A stretch of DNA of 64,000 bases from an uncultured Candidatus Saccharibacteria bacterium (GCA_964484655.1 CAZAFA010000001.1:31242-95241), one strand, 5' to 3'. Numbered from the stretch's first letter, positions 37,392 to 48,377 are shown. The notes: generated from the letters alone by a model not told the origin. Numbers and translations are program-made.

Positions 37392-37904
37392 ATGCACAAG
37401 CCACAACGCACCCTCATCCTTCTCAAGCCCGATGCCGTCCAGCGCGGCATCGTTGGCGAGGTCCTGACGCGCTTCGAGCGCGTCGGCGCATCCATGATCG
37501 GCATGAAGCTTCTCGTATCCGACAAGGACACTGCGATGAAGCATTACACGGACGATCTTGCGCAGCGTCGCGGCGAAGCGGTGCGTAACCAAATGATCGA
37601 GATGCTGACATCCGGTCCGGTCGTCGCGCTAGCGCTCGAGGGCATCGACATCGTCGAGGTAGTGCGGAAGATGGTAGGCGCGACCGAGCCGAAGTCGGCA
37701 GCACCGGGAACCATCCGCGGCGATTTCGCTCACGTCTCGTACGCGCAGGCGGACGCAAGCGGCAAAGGTATATTCAACCTGATCCATGCTTCAGGAACGC
37801 CCGATGAAGCAGAGATCGAGATCGGAGTCTGGTTCAAGCCGGAAGAGCTTGTCAGCCATAAGCCTGGATACGCTCAGCATACTATCCATCAGTACTACTC
37901 GTGA
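37392..37904 (+). CDS. ndk: Nucleoside diphosphate kinase
   Basis: RTLILLKPDAVQRGIVGEV, the catalytic-His region NLIHASGT, and GTIRGDF. Confidence 0.8.
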   Translation: MHKPQRTLILLKPDAVQRGIVGEVLTRFERVGASMIGMKLLVSDKDTAMKHYTDDLAQRRGEAVRNQMIEMLTSGPVVALALEGIDIVEVVRKMVGATEPKSAAPGTIRGDFAHVSYAQADASGKGIFNLIHASGTPDEAEIEIGVWFKPEELVSHKPGYAQHTIHQYYS

Positions 37905-37907
37905 TAA

Positions 37908-37938
37908 GAAAAGACCCGGGGGAGCCGGGTCTTTTCTT
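37908..37938. terminator. Bidirectional terminator between ndk and release-factor gene
   Basis: aagacccgggggagccgggtctt with a T/A-rich flank on both sides. Confidence 0.5.
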
Positions 37939-37943
37939 ATGTC

Positions 37944-38663
37944 TTATGCCGCCTTCATCGCTTCCGCGATCTTTCCGAAGTCTCCCTCGAGGATCTTCTC
38001 GATGTTGCTCCACTTCTTGCCGATGCGGTGATCGGTGATGCGGTCGTCGGGGAAGTTGTACGTGCGGATCTTCTCGGAGCGGTCGCCGGTGCCGATGGCC
38101 TGGCGTCCCGCGGCGGTCTGCGCCGCGTCTTTCTCGCGCTGGATGTCATAGAGCTTCGAGCGGAGGATGCCCATCGCGAGCTCGCGGTTCGCGGCCTGCG
38201 TGCGCTCGACGCGAGACGAGACGACGATTCCCGTCGGCTTGTGGAGGATGCGGACGGCGGACTCGATCTTGTTCACGTTCTGGCCGCCGGGCCCGCCGGC
38301 GCGCGAGAAGGTCACCTCGAGGTCGCGGTCGTTGATGACCACCTCAGTCGGCGGGACCACGGGGAACGCGGCCACGGTTGCCGTAGAGGTGTGGATGCGG
38401 CCGCTGCGCTCGGTCTTCGGGACGCGCTGGACCCGGTGGACGCCGGACTCGTGCCGGAAGGCGTCCCAGGCGCCCTCGCCAGAGACCTCGGCCACGAGGG
38501 TCTTGTAGCCCCCGAGGTCGTTCTCGGAGGCGTCGAGGACCGTGAATTTCCAGCCCTGGCTCGAAGCGTAGCGCTGGTACATGTTGGCCAGGTTCGCGGC
38601 GAAAAGAGCCGCCTCGTCGCCGCCGGCGCCAGCCCGGATCTCCATGATGAGCTTCTTGCCCAT
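37944..38663 (-). CDS. prfA: Class I peptide chain release factor, RF1-like, lacking N-terminal domain 1
   Basis: About 240 aa. It begins at the equivalent of E. coli RF1 residue ~105 ([16 protein letters not shown]). PKT tripeptide ([13 protein letters not shown]), GGQ motif [10 protein letters not shown]. There is no room upstream for domain 1, as only 77 bp separate it from a divergent gene. Confidence 0.7.
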   Translation of the reverse strand: MGKKLIMEIRAGAGGDEAALFAANLANMYQRYASSQGWKFTVLDASENDLGGYKTLVAEVSGEGAWDAFRHESGVHRVQRVPKTERSGRIHTSTATVAAFPVVPPTEVVINDRDLEVTFSRAGGPGGQNVNKIESAVRILHKPTGIVVSSRVERTQAANRELAMGILRSKLYDIQREKDAAQTAAGRQAIGTGDRSEKIRTYNFPDDRITDHRIGKKWSNIEKILEGDFGKIAEAMKAA

Positions 38664-38740
38664 AGTGGGCACATGGTACCGGCGAGGCGGGGGAGCCGGC
38701 AACCTTTGCTTGACGGGCCGTTCATGTATACTTCGGAATC

Positions 38741-39166
38741 ATGAACAAGCGAATCCTCGTCGTAGACGACGATCCGGATTTCCGCGAGATATTCTCCACG
38801 CACCTCCGCATGAAGGGGTATGACGTGGACACGGCGATGAACGCCGACGACGGCCTGGCCAAGGTCCGTACCGACGCTCCCGACCTGGTGCTCATGGACG
38901 TGCAGATGCCGCCCGGCAAGACGGGCATCGAGGCGTTCTTCGAGCTGAAGAACGATCCGGCGACCAAGGACGTGCCGATCATGTTCCTCACGAACCTCGG
39001 CGCGACCGAGGTGGAGGCGCAGCAGATCAACGTGCAGTACGCCAAGGAGCTCGGCGCGATCGGCGTGCTGAAGAAGACCGAGGACCTCAAGAGCCTCAGC
39101 GAGGCCGTTGCCGCGCAGTTCGCGCAGGAGGTCGGGACGAGCACGCCGCCAGCGCCGGTAGCGTAA
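38741..39166 (+). CDS. Single-domain response regulator (CheY-like receiver)
   Basis: ILVVDDDPDF, the LVLMDVQMP phospho-acceptor Asp, and the conserved Lys region. Confidence 0.75.
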   Translation: MNKRILVVDDDPDFREIFSTHLRMKGYDVDTAMNADDGLAKVRTDAPDLVLMDVQMPPGKTGIEAFFELKNDPATKDVPIMFLTNLGATEVEAQQINVQYAKELGAIGVLKKTEDLKSLSEAVAAQFAQEVGTSTPPAPVA

Positions 39167-39200
39167 AAAATCGAGCCCGCGGTTTTCCGCGGGCTCTGCA
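39167..39200 (+). terminator. Rho-independent terminator
   Basis: aaaaatcgagcccgcggttttccgcgggctc. Confidence 0.45.
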
Positions 39201-39203
39201 TTC

Positions 39204-39737
39204 TCACATCTCGAGCAGGTATTCGGCGATGACGCCGCCTTCCTCCAAGTATCTCGCCTTCGCGTCGTCAGGCAGGTCCTTGAACCCGCCGATGGCGCCG
39301 CGGCAGATGCCGCTGCCGCACAGGCAGGGGACCCCTGCCGCGGTGACGTCGTACTCGAGGGTGGCGTAGTCGAACGCCAGTTCTTCCCCGACCGCGATGT
39401 CGCGACGGGCGACGACCGCGATGACCGCGACCGTGCCTTCCCAGCTCGGACGGACGATCACGGTAGGATCGCACGAATGGTTGAGGAAGTGTCCCGGATT
39501 GAAGGTGCCGTTCAGGCGTTCCGGCTCGATGTGCCGGTCCCGGTCGAACGCGAACGAATACTTCGTCGGCGCGTTCACAAGCATACCTTTCACCGGGAAG
39601 ATCATCTCACCCTTGCGGAACGATCGCGTTGCGATCACGCCCGCCTGTCCGCTCACGGACGGGCTCAGCCCGATGGCTATGCCCCAGTAGTCCATGAAAT
39701 ATATTGCGCCGTCGATGACGGGCGTATTGCTGTCCAT
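39204..39737 (-). CDS. SET-domain protein-lysine methyltransferase
   Basis: FLNHSCDPT (NHSCxPN motif), EELAFDY (ELxFDY), and the post-SET Cys cluster CLCGSGICRG. Confidence 0.7.
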   Translation of the reverse strand: MDSNTPVIDGAIYFMDYWGIAIGLSPSVSGQAGVIATRSFRKGEMIFPVKGMLVNAPTKYSFAFDRDRHIEPERLNGTFNPGHFLNHSCDPTVIVRPSWEGTVAVIAVVARRDIAVGEELAFDYATLEYDVTAAGVPCLCGSGICRGAIGGFKDLPDDAKARYLEEGGVIAEYLLEM

Positions 39738-39754
39738 ATGGTTCGTCGTCTCCT

Positions 39755-39834
39755 GATTTTTCGAAAAATCGAACTGCTCCTATTTTACATACAAAATCAG
39801 ATTTTTGTCAATCGTAGCCTATGTAAAAAGGAGC
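39755..39834 (-). promoter_or_regulatory. Promoter (TTGACA-N17-TAAAAT on minus strand) plus perfect 16-bp palindrome in the 5'UTR of the SET gene
   Basis: The minus strand reads ttgacaaaaatctgattttgtatgTAAAAT, and the palindrome is gatttttcgaaaaatc at 39755-39770. A second inverted repeat is ctcctattttacata/tatgtaaaaaggag. Confidence 0.4.
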
Positions 39835-39858
39835 ATCTCTCCGATGCTCCTTTTCGCC
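39828..39858. terminator. Bidirectional terminator insulating SAM decarboxylase from SET gene
   Basis: aaaaaggagcatc-tctcc-gatgctcctttt. Confidence 0.5.
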
Positions 39859-39871
39859 GAACGGTCCCTTC

Positions 39872-40252
39872 CTAGACGCGGGTGACCACGCTGTGGTTCT
39901 CGTCGCCCGCCTTCCAGTACTCCATGCAGAACTTCACCGCGTCCTCGGGGTCGAACTCGCGGCACGAGAAGAGGTTGAGGTACATGGTCTTGGTGATCGT
40001 GAGGGCATGGCACACGACGTTGCTGGTCTCGATGAACTGGATCGCCGAGATGCCGTCGAGGTGGGGGATGCCGGAGTGGTCCTCCCACATCATCGGCTCG
40101 CCGTGGCGCACCATCTTAACGTGGTCGACGAGCTTGACGAGGAATTCGCCCAGCGTTTCCTGCGTGAGGCCGCTGAAGTCGCATCCGCGCATGTCGAGGA
40201 TCAGCTCGAGGCCGTAATTGCCCCGGTATCCGTATTGCTCCTGTTCTGCCAT
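39872..40252 (-). CDS. speH: S-adenosylmethionine decarboxylase proenzyme (SpeH-like, class 1)
   Basis: LELILDMRGCD and ETSNVVCHALTITK...LFSC parallel the ESH...HTWPE...FTCG layout of small bacterial/archaeal AdoMetDC. The start at M(AEQEQ) is uncertain. Confidence 0.5.
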   Translation of the reverse strand: MAEQEQYGYRGNYGLELILDMRGCDFSGLTQETLGEFLVKLVDHVKMVRHGEPMMWEDHSGIPHLDGISAIQFIETSNVVCHALTITKTMYLNLFSCREFDPEDAVKFCMEYWKAGDENHSVVTRV

Positions 40253-40395
40253 TGAAATGAGATGATGATTTGAGAGTTCGGCTCTTGACCGCATTCTAGA
40301 CCTCTGGGGATGTGGGCTCAAGTGTCCCCGCGGGTTTTCCCCAGGGGCTGATTCCCGGTGCGCTACACTATCCCTATCGGGTCCTATCTGTCCCC

Positions 40396-41223
40396 ATGCC
40401 CCTCATCCTCTCCATAGTCTACGCGGCCACCCTGGTCTTCTGGCTCGCCGTCGCGCGCGATCCGGCAAATGTCTCGGCAGGGCTCAACATGCAGCTCCTG
40501 CTGTTCGCGGTCCCGTTCATCGGGGCGCTCGTGGGCCTGTATAACGCGCGCCAGTGGGGCGGCCTGAAGAGCTCCGTCGGCAAGGCCGTCGGGTTCATCG
40601 CCGGCGGCGTGCTCGCCTGGTCCGTCGGCATGCTCATCTGGTGCTACTACATCTTCGTCGCTCAGGTGGAGATCCCGTACCCGTCGCTCGCCGACGCCTC
40701 CTTCATCCTGAGCTGGCCCCTCTGGACGATCGGCATCTACTGGCTCTCCAAGGCCACGGGCGTCCGCTACGCCATCCGCGAGGGCAAGGGCAAGGCGCTC
40801 CTGGTGGTCGTGCCCCTCGTCGCGCTCGCCATCGCGTACTACCTCCTGGTCGTCGTCGCGCGCGGCGGCGTCATCGAGCTCGAGGCGCTCGATCCCTGGA
40901 AGTCGTTCTTCGACCTCTTCTACCCGATCGGCAGCGCGATCATCCTCGCGTTCACGCTCACGTTCTTCAGCCTCTCCAGCTCATTCCTCGGCGGGCGGTA
41001 CCGCAAGCCGATCACCATCCTGGTCCTCGCGCTCCTCGTGAACTTCGCGGCAGACATCGTGTTCTCGTACACCACGACCAACGAGACCTACTACAACGGC
41101 GCGATCGCCGACATGCTCTTCGTGACGGGCATGTTCCTGTTCTCGCTCAGCCTGAGCCTGATGCGCCCGCCCGTGCAGTCGCCGCAGCCACAGTCGCAGC
41201 CGCTTCCCGCCGCAACGTCATGA
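40396..41223 (+). CDS. Hypothetical polytopic membrane protein
   Basis: About 275 aa with 7-8 hydrophobic helices and a C-terminal PQPQSQP tail. Confidence 0.4.
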   Translation: MPLILSIVYAATLVFWLAVARDPANVSAGLNMQLLLFAVPFIGALVGLYNARQWGGLKSSVGKAVGFIAGGVLAWSVGMLIWCYYIFVAQVEIPYPSLADASFILSWPLWTIGIYWLSKATGVRYAIREGKGKALLVVVPLVALAIAYYLLVVVARGGVIELEALDPWKSFFDLFYPIGSAIILAFTLTFFSLSSSFLGGRYRKPITILVLALLVNFAADIVFSYTTTNETYYNGAIADMLFVTGMFLFSLSLSLMRPPVQSPQPQSQPLPAATS

Positions 41224-41513
41224 TCATGAGCACGCTCGACCAGATCGCTGGGAGGATCATCAAGGAGCAGGAGCTCATCCTCGGGCCTCTCGCCTGGGAC
41301 GAGGCGGCGAACGTTCCTCATCTCCAGATCCTCGACCGCGCGAACGGCTCGGTCGACATCCCCGAGGGTCCCGAGGGCAGCCGGGTGATCGACGAGCTCG
41401 TGAACCGCTACGTCGACCTCTTCGGACGCGCCGCGCGCGAGGCCTGCCGCGAGGCGGCGCATGCGCTCGTCGCCGACCTGCCGCCCGGAGAGGTCCCCGA
41501 GAGTCTCCGCTAG
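41220..41513 (+). CDS. Hypothetical small soluble protein
   Basis: 97 aa. Its start overlaps the upstream stop (ATGA). Acidic. Confidence 0.3.
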   Translation: MIMSTLDQIAGRIIKEQELILGPLAWDEAANVPHLQILDRANGSVDIPEGPEGSRVIDELVNRYVDLFGRAAREACREAAHALVADLPPGEVPESLR

Positions 41514-41556
41514 GGGAAACGAAAAGACGCCGCGATTGCGCGGCGTCTTCGTTGTC
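41514..41556. terminator. Bidirectional terminator
   Basis: gaaaagacgccgcg-attg-cgcggcgtcttcgtt. Confidence 0.5.
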
Positions 41557-42187
41557 AGGTCTGCAGGATCTGCACGAGCACGATCACTGCGATGAGTAGG
41601 TGCCAGAACCAATAGTTCGTAGGAGTTATCAGTTCTCGCCACCAGAGCTTGTCGCTCCTGCGCATCATCACGCAGAGCATCTGCATGAAGAATCCGGCCG
41701 CCCACATCGCCCAAGGCAGGAGCGGCTCGATTCCCGGGTTCTCGTACGCGGATCGCGCGATGGGAAGCGCGCTGAAGACCAGCAGGACCTGGAACGCGAC
41801 CGTGGCCGGCCACACCTCATCTTTCTTCAGCGCTCGCCGGTATATCGCGAGGACGATCAGCGCGAGGATCGCGCTGATCACGTCCTTCCCTTCCACTACT
41901 GCGAGCAGGGGAATGCCGGTGACGAGCGAACGACCTATCAGGATGAGCGTGATCGCCACGCATCCGGCGGCTGCTGCGACCTCCTCCGCGTATTTCGCGA
42001 GGTCGCCGCGGACCTGCCGCTTGTATATGTGATAGCTGAGCACGGTCTCAATCGACCAGAGCGCCCAGCCGATCACGTTCGTATCCGTCTGCGCGAGCAG
42101 CAGATACCCACCGTAGATCAGGTACGCGATCGCGCTTATCAGCGCGCCTGCATAGCCGAGCACTTTGCCGATTGTTCTCATATTCAT
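41555..42187 (-). CDS. Hypothetical membrane protein
   Basis: About 210 aa with 6 TM helices. The start is placed at MNMRT. Confidence 0.4.
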   Translation of the reverse strand: MNMRTIGKVLGYAGALISAIAYLIYGGYLLLAQTDTNVIGWALWSIETVLSYHIYKRQVRGDLAKYAEEVAAAAGCVAITLILIGRSLVTGIPLLAVVEGKDVISAILALIVLAIYRRALKKDEVWPATVAFQVLLVFSALPIARSAYENPGIEPLLPWAMWAAGFFMQMLCVMMRRSDKLWWRELITPTNYWFWHLLIAVIVLVQILQT

Positions 42188-42308
42188 TTTCAACGCGGAC
42201 CTCCAGCCGCTTCTCAACTGCCCATATTATAGCATAAAAATCTCATTCAGGCAATTGTCGGTGCCACTTCGTCATTCCTGGCCGGCGCCGGTGCTGTAGA
42301 ATGAGCTC

Positions 42309-43718
42309 ATGGATCCTCAGTCGAAGGCCGCGGAAGAGGCCGCCTCCGTTCCGGGCATGCCCGCGAAGGACAGCGCCCAGGCGCTGGCGCAGGGCCTGTA
42401 CGCCCGCACGGTCGAGATGGGGATCAAGAACAAGATCCTCTCGCTCCTCGAGCAGCTCTACGGCATCAGCATCCAGCAGCAGTCCACGAAGGATCTCGCG
42501 AGCAAGCTGGCGCCTGTCCTCTGTAACGACCTGTCCTGCGAGTTCGTGTCGCTCCAGCGCTATCTCGACGGCGAAGACAAGCGGCTCGAGACGCTCGCGG
42601 TCGCGGGCTCGGAGCGGTACGCCGAGGCGGCGCGCTCGCTCGGCGTCGACCTGTCGGCGGCCGTCGTGCCGCTCGCCTCGACGCAGGCGCTCGTGGAATG
42701 CGTCACCGAGCATCGGTTCGTAGAGCGCGATTCGCTGTCGTCGGTTTGGGGAGACCTGATCCGCGCGTCGGAGCAGGAGCTTGCCGAGAAGGCGCATGCG
42801 CGCTACGTGATGCTCTACCCGCTCGCCGGCGGCGGGCAGGTCATCGGCGTCCTCGCGCTCGTGCTCAACCGCTCGCGCGCGCAGCTGTCCAGCCTCGAGC
42901 GCGTCCTCTTCGACAACGCGGCCAACGTCGTCGGCATCGCGTTCGAGAAGACGCACCTTTACGAGGCGCTCCAGGACGCGAACACGCAGCTCGGGGATGT
43001 CAGCCACTTCAAGAGCCAGCTCCTGAGCCTCGCCTCGCACCAGATCAAGGCGCCGCTCGCGGCCATGAAGGGGTACATCTCGCTCATCCTCGAGGGCGGC
43101 TACGGCGAGGTTCCGGAGAATCTCATGAAGCCGATCACCGCGATGCAGCGTTCCGCGGACGGCCTCGTCGAGCTGGTCACCTCGCTCCTCGATCTCCGCA
43201 AGATCGAGGAGGGGAAGATGGACTACTCGTTCGACCAGGTCGACCTCGCCGCCATGGTCCGCGACGTGGTCGAGGAGCTCGGCATGCTCGCCCGCGAGAA
43301 GCATCTCGACCTCACCCTCGCCGGCGCGCAGAGCCCGGTCTTCGTCCGCGCGGACAAGACCAAGCTCCGCCAGGTCGCCCAGAACCTCGTGGACAACGCG
43401 ATCAAGTACACCCCCAGCGGCTCGGTGAACGTCTCGCTCATCGTCCAGGACCGGTTCGTCACGTGCACGGTCGCAGACACGGGCCTCGGCATGGCCCCGC
43501 TCCTGCTACCGCGCCTCTTCGACGAGTTCACGCGCGACCAGCGCGTGCAGCACACCATCCGCGGCACGGGTCTCGGCCTCTACATCGCGAAGCGCATCAT
43601 GGAGGCGCACGGCGGCGGCATCTACGCGGACAGCGCCGGCGAGGGCCTCGGCTCGCGCTTCTGGTTCACGCTGCCGATCGACCAGGACCTGCCGGTCCCG
43701 GTGCCGCCGGCGGCGTAG
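42309..43718 (+). CDS. Cytoplasmic GAF-domain sensor histidine kinase
   Basis: No TM. A central GAF-like region, the HisKA H-box LASHQIKAPL, and HATPase_c N/G1/G2 boxes (NLVDNAIKYT, DTGLGM, GTGLGL). Confidence 0.75.
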   Translation: MDPQSKAAEEAASVPGMPAKDSAQALAQGLYARTVEMGIKNKILSLLEQLYGISIQQQSTKDLASKLAPVLCNDLSCEFVSLQRYLDGEDKRLETLAVAGSERYAEAARSLGVDLSAAVVPLASTQALVECVTEHRFVERDSLSSVWGDLIRASEQELAEKAHARYVMLYPLAGGGQVIGVLALVLNRSRAQLSSLERVLFDNAANVVGIAFEKTHLYEALQDANTQLGDVSHFKSQLLSLASHQIKAPLAAMKGYISLILEGGYGEVPENLMKPITAMQRSADGLVELVTSLLDLRKIEEGKMDYSFDQVDLAAMVRDVVEELGMLAREKHLDLTLAGAQSPVFVRADKTKLRQVAQNLVDNAIKYTPSGSVNVSLIVQDRFVTCTVADTGLGMAPLLLPRLFDEFTRDQRVQHTIRGTGLGLYIAKRIMEAHGGGIYADSAGEGLGSRFWFTLPIDQDLPVPVPPAA

Positions 43719-43752
43719 CCGGAAACGGCAGGGGAGGAGTACACTGGGCTCC

Positions 43753-45042
43753 ATGACGCCCATCCAGACACCGCATCGCGGCGTGCGCACGAAGCTCGAC
43801 ACCTCGGTCTTCGACCGGCACGAGCTGACCAACGGCGTCACGGTCTGGGTGCAGCGGACGCCGGTGGACCTCTCCGACGAGGGCGTGCTGGTCGCGTACT
43901 TCGTAAACGCCGGCAGCATCCTCGACCCGGAAGGGAAGGAGCACACGGCGCACTTCCTCGAGCACCTGCCGTTCAAGGGCACGCGCTCGTACCCGAACAC
44001 CGAGGCGCTCACCGGCGCCATCAACGACGCCGGCGGCAGCGACAACGCCACGACGTCCCGGTACTGGACCAACTACCGCGTCTTCCTGCCCCGCGAGTCC
44101 TTCGACCTCGCGCTCGACGTGCTGCGCGAGCTCCTGCTCGAGCCGCTCCTGCGACCCGAGGACTTCGAGGTGGAGCGCGGCATCATCCTCAGCGAGCACG
44201 AGCGGAAGTTCGAGAACGTGGACGTCCAGCGCACCCGCGACCTGGCGAAGCTGCTCTACGGGGACCATCCGATCGCGCGCTGGGCGGGATCGCCGGAGAC
44301 CATCAACGCGATCACGCTCGAGGACGTCCGCGCCTTCCGCGACGCGCACTACCACGCCGGCAACCTGCACGTCGCGGTCGGGGGAGCGTTCAGCGACGTC
44401 CCCGGCCTGCTGGCCAAGCTCGAGATGGCCTTCGGCGCCATGCCTGCGGCCGCGCCGACGCAGCTCGCGCTGCCGCCGCTGCCCGCCTTCCCCGAGGGCC
44501 CGCATCAGATGCTGCATCCGCGTTTCGCTCGTTCCCGCTTCCACCTGTTCTGGCAGAAGCGCGAGCCGGTCTCCCGCGAATCGCACCTCGCGCTCTCGCT
44601 CCTGACCAACGCCTTCTCGGCGGGCATGGACTCGCCGCTCGCGCTCGAGCTGCGGGACCGGCGCGGCCTCGTCTACGAGAGCGGCCTCATGGGCGAGGCG
44701 CGCGTCCTCGGCCTCGGCGAGGAGATCGAGCTGGAGCTGCCGATCCGCCGGGACCAGTTCGCCGACGTCTATGCCGCCGTCACGGGGCTGCTCGCGAACC
44801 TCAGCGACGCGCGCATCGCGCAGGCGCTGGACCGCTGGCAGGTGGACCGCCTCTCCTCCTTCTCGTTCCCGACCAAGATGTGCGCGCGCCTGGGCGGCGA
44901 GCTCGTGGAGCTCGGCAGGACCGAGAGCATCCACGAGACGGAGACGCTCGTGGACGACATCGACCTCGATCTCGTGCATGCGTGGAAGGAATTCCTCCTG
45001 AGCACGCCGCCGACGATCGTCGAGACAGGACCGGCCGCGTAG
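43753..45042 (+). CDS. M16-family zinc metallopeptidase (pitrilysin/insulinase-like)
   Basis: The inverted zinc-binding motif HFLEHLPFKGT (HxxEH) and the downstream Glu region. Confidence 0.75.
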   Translation: MTPIQTPHRGVRTKLDTSVFDRHELTNGVTVWVQRTPVDLSDEGVLVAYFVNAGSILDPEGKEHTAHFLEHLPFKGTRSYPNTEALTGAINDAGGSDNATTSRYWTNYRVFLPRESFDLALDVLRELLLEPLLRPEDFEVERGIILSEHERKFENVDVQRTRDLAKLLYGDHPIARWAGSPETINAITLEDVRAFRDAHYHAGNLHVAVGGAFSDVPGLLAKLEMAFGAMPAAAPTQLALPPLPAFPEGPHQMLHPRFARSRFHLFWQKREPVSRESHLALSLLTNAFSAGMDSPLALELRDRRGLVYESGLMGEARVLGLGEEIELELPIRRDQFADVYAAVTGLLANLSDARIAQALDRWQVDRLSSFSFPTKMCARLGGELVELGRTESIHETETLVDDIDLDLVHAWKEFLLSTPPTIVETGPAA

Positions 45043-45080
45043 CGAAAGGACCCGGCATTGCCGGGTTCTTTCTTGCCGGA
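45043..45080. terminator. Bidirectional terminator between the M16 peptidase gene and rpmE
   Basis: gaaaggacccggc-attg-ccgggttctttc. Confidence 0.5.
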
Positions 45081-45086
45081 AGGGGA

Positions 45087-45338
45087 TTACGCCTCCTCCT
45101 TCTTGGCGCGTACCTTCTTGGCCTTCTTCTCAACCGGCGCCGCCGCCTGGCGGGAGCGGAAGCGCTCGACGCGCCCGGCGGTGTCGATGAGCTTCTGCTC
45201 GCCGGTGAAGAACGGATGGCACTTCGAGCAGATCTCGATGTCGTAGGATTCGCGGGTTCCGCCGACGGTGAACTTGGTGCCGCAGCCGCAGGTAGCGGTC
45301 GCGGACGCGTGATAGACGGGGTGCAGGTCTGCCTTCAT
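45087..45338 (-). CDS. rpmE: 50S ribosomal protein L31 (Zn-ribbon type)
   Basis: MKADLHPVYH...CGCGTKF...CSKCHPFFTGEQK..DTAGRVERF is the L31 signature with C-x2-C pairs. Confidence 0.85.
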   Translation of the reverse strand: MKADLHPVYHASATATCGCGTKFTVGGTRESYDIEICSKCHPFFTGEQKLIDTAGRVERFRSRQAAAPVEKKAKKVRAKKEEA

Positions 45339-45369
45339 GGTGCCGGCATCCTATCCCTCCTTATTAGGT

Positions 45370-45397
45370 TTGACAAGGCGTGCCCGGTCCGTATACT
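45370..45397 (+). promoter_or_regulatory. Consensus sigma70 promoter for the 16S rRNA gene
   Basis: TTGACA at 45370-45375, a 16-nt spacer, and TATACT at 45392-45397, about 320 nt upstream of the mature 16S 5' end. Confidence 0.55.
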
Positions 45398-45714
45398 CCA
45401 ACCCGCACTCTGCTTGAGCCTCACCGGCCCCTTGCGGGCCGCTTCGCTTGAACGGGGCGCACCTTGAAAGCGCGATCACAAGGACAGTAATGACGGACGC
45501 ACCGATCGCGTCCGAACAAACCAGAAAAGTTTAGTAGTTGCTCCAATAGCGTCTGGCTCCCTGTAATGGGGCGCACGGCGTTAAACAAGAACAACTACTC
45601 AACAAGAGTGAACTCTGTTCATTCAATTTGAGTGACCCAAAGAAAAGTGAGCTCTACGTGCCCGAAACCCGACCGCTACGGCGGAGGCGAGTACTGCGCG
45701 ATATCTCATTCTTC

Positions 45715-47311
<1,597 letters not shown>

Positions 47312-47511
47312 AGCCCTGTAACGGGGACAGGCTAGAGAGTAGGTCGGTCACGGTAGAGCCTCCGGGCACCGTCCGCGGGGGACCAATAGGCCCTTCGGAA
47401 TGGCTATCGTGGATCGCTACAGTCGTAGCACCTATTGGGGCAACTACTAAGCTTTTCTGTCATTACTGCCGCCGGTACCGCATACTATACTTGTGGTACT
47501 ATCTCTACCCC

Positions 47512-47925
47512 ATGGTCGAAGCTCCTAATCTCGCCCTCATCGTCGAGGACCAGAAATTCCTCTCTGCGATCCTCAAGGCCCGCCTCGAGCGGGAGGGCGT
47601 GCAGGTCGCTCAGGCCTTCGACGGTGAGGAAGCCATCCAGTTCCTCACCCAGACGAAGCCGGGCGTCGTGATCCTCGACCTTGTGATGCCGAAGACCTCG
47701 GGATTCGAGGTCCTGGAGGCAATCGCCCTCAACCCGATGCTGAAGTCGCTCCCGGTCCTGGTTCTCAGCAACCTGGCCCAGGACGAGGACATCGCGAAGG
47801 TGAAGCGCCTGGGCGCGAAGGAATACTTCGTGAAGGTGCAGAACCCGGTAGAGACGCTCGTGACGCGCATCAAGGCGTACCTCCCGCAGGCCACGGTACC
47901 CATACCCACCCCACCGAACCCATGA
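47512..47925 (+). CDS. Single-domain response regulator (CheY-like)
   Basis: ALIVEDQ, the VVILDLVMP phospho-acceptor Asp, and the conserved Lys. The start was chosen at MVEAPN; the track ORF starts at 47491. Confidence 0.7.
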   Translation: MVEAPNLALIVEDQKFLSAILKARLEREGVQVAQAFDGEEAIQFLTQTKPGVVILDLVMPKTSGFEVLEAIALNPMLKSLPVLVLSNLAQDEDIAKVKRLGAKEYFVKVQNPVETLVTRIKAYLPQATVPIPTPPNP

Positions 47926-48233
47926 TCGCCGACGACATCCGCTCCCAGATCCTCCCTGGCGCCAAGGTGCGCGTCTTCGAGGGCAAGGCGAAGAGCCCGT
48001 TCACGGGCATGGTCATCGCAGCCAAGCACGGCGCCGAGGCCGGCGCGACCTTCACGGTCCGCTCCATGGTCGCCGGCGTCGGCGTCGAGAAGGTCCTGCC
48101 GTTCAACAGCCCGAACATCACCAAGGTGGAGATCGCGAGCAGCCCGAAGAACGTGCACAAGAGCAAGCTCTACTACGTCCGCGACATGTCCGGCAGCACG
48201 ATCCGCAAGCGCCTCGGCGTCTCGCTCTCCTAG
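47922..48233 (+). CDS. rplS: 50S ribosomal protein L19
   Basis: TFTVRSMVAGVGVEKVLPFNSPNITKVEI...KSKLYYVRD matches the L19 core. It overlaps the upstream stop (ATGA). Confidence 0.85.
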   Translation: MIADDIRSQILPGAKVRVFEGKAKSPFTGMVIAAKHGAEAGATFTVRSMVAGVGVEKVLPFNSPNITKVEIASSPKNVHKSKLYYVRDMSGSTIRKRLGVSLS

Positions 48234-48289
48234 GATACCCGCCGTATTGCACCGCGTCAGAAGGGCCCGTACACTGTGCGGGCCCTTCT

Positions 48290-48371
48290 GCGCAGGTGGT
48301 GAAACTGGTAGACACGCCATCTTGAGGGGGTGGTCCCGAAAGGGGTGGAGGTTCAAGTCCTCTCCTGCGCA
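48290..48371 (+). tRNA. tRNA-Leu (anticodon GAG), type II with long variable arm
   Basis: gcgcagg-tg-gtgaaactggtagacac-gccat-cttGAGgg-ggtgg-tcccgaaagggg-tggag-gttcaagt-cctct-cctgcgc-a. No encoded CCA. Confidence 0.8.
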
Positions 48372-48377
48372 CATCCC

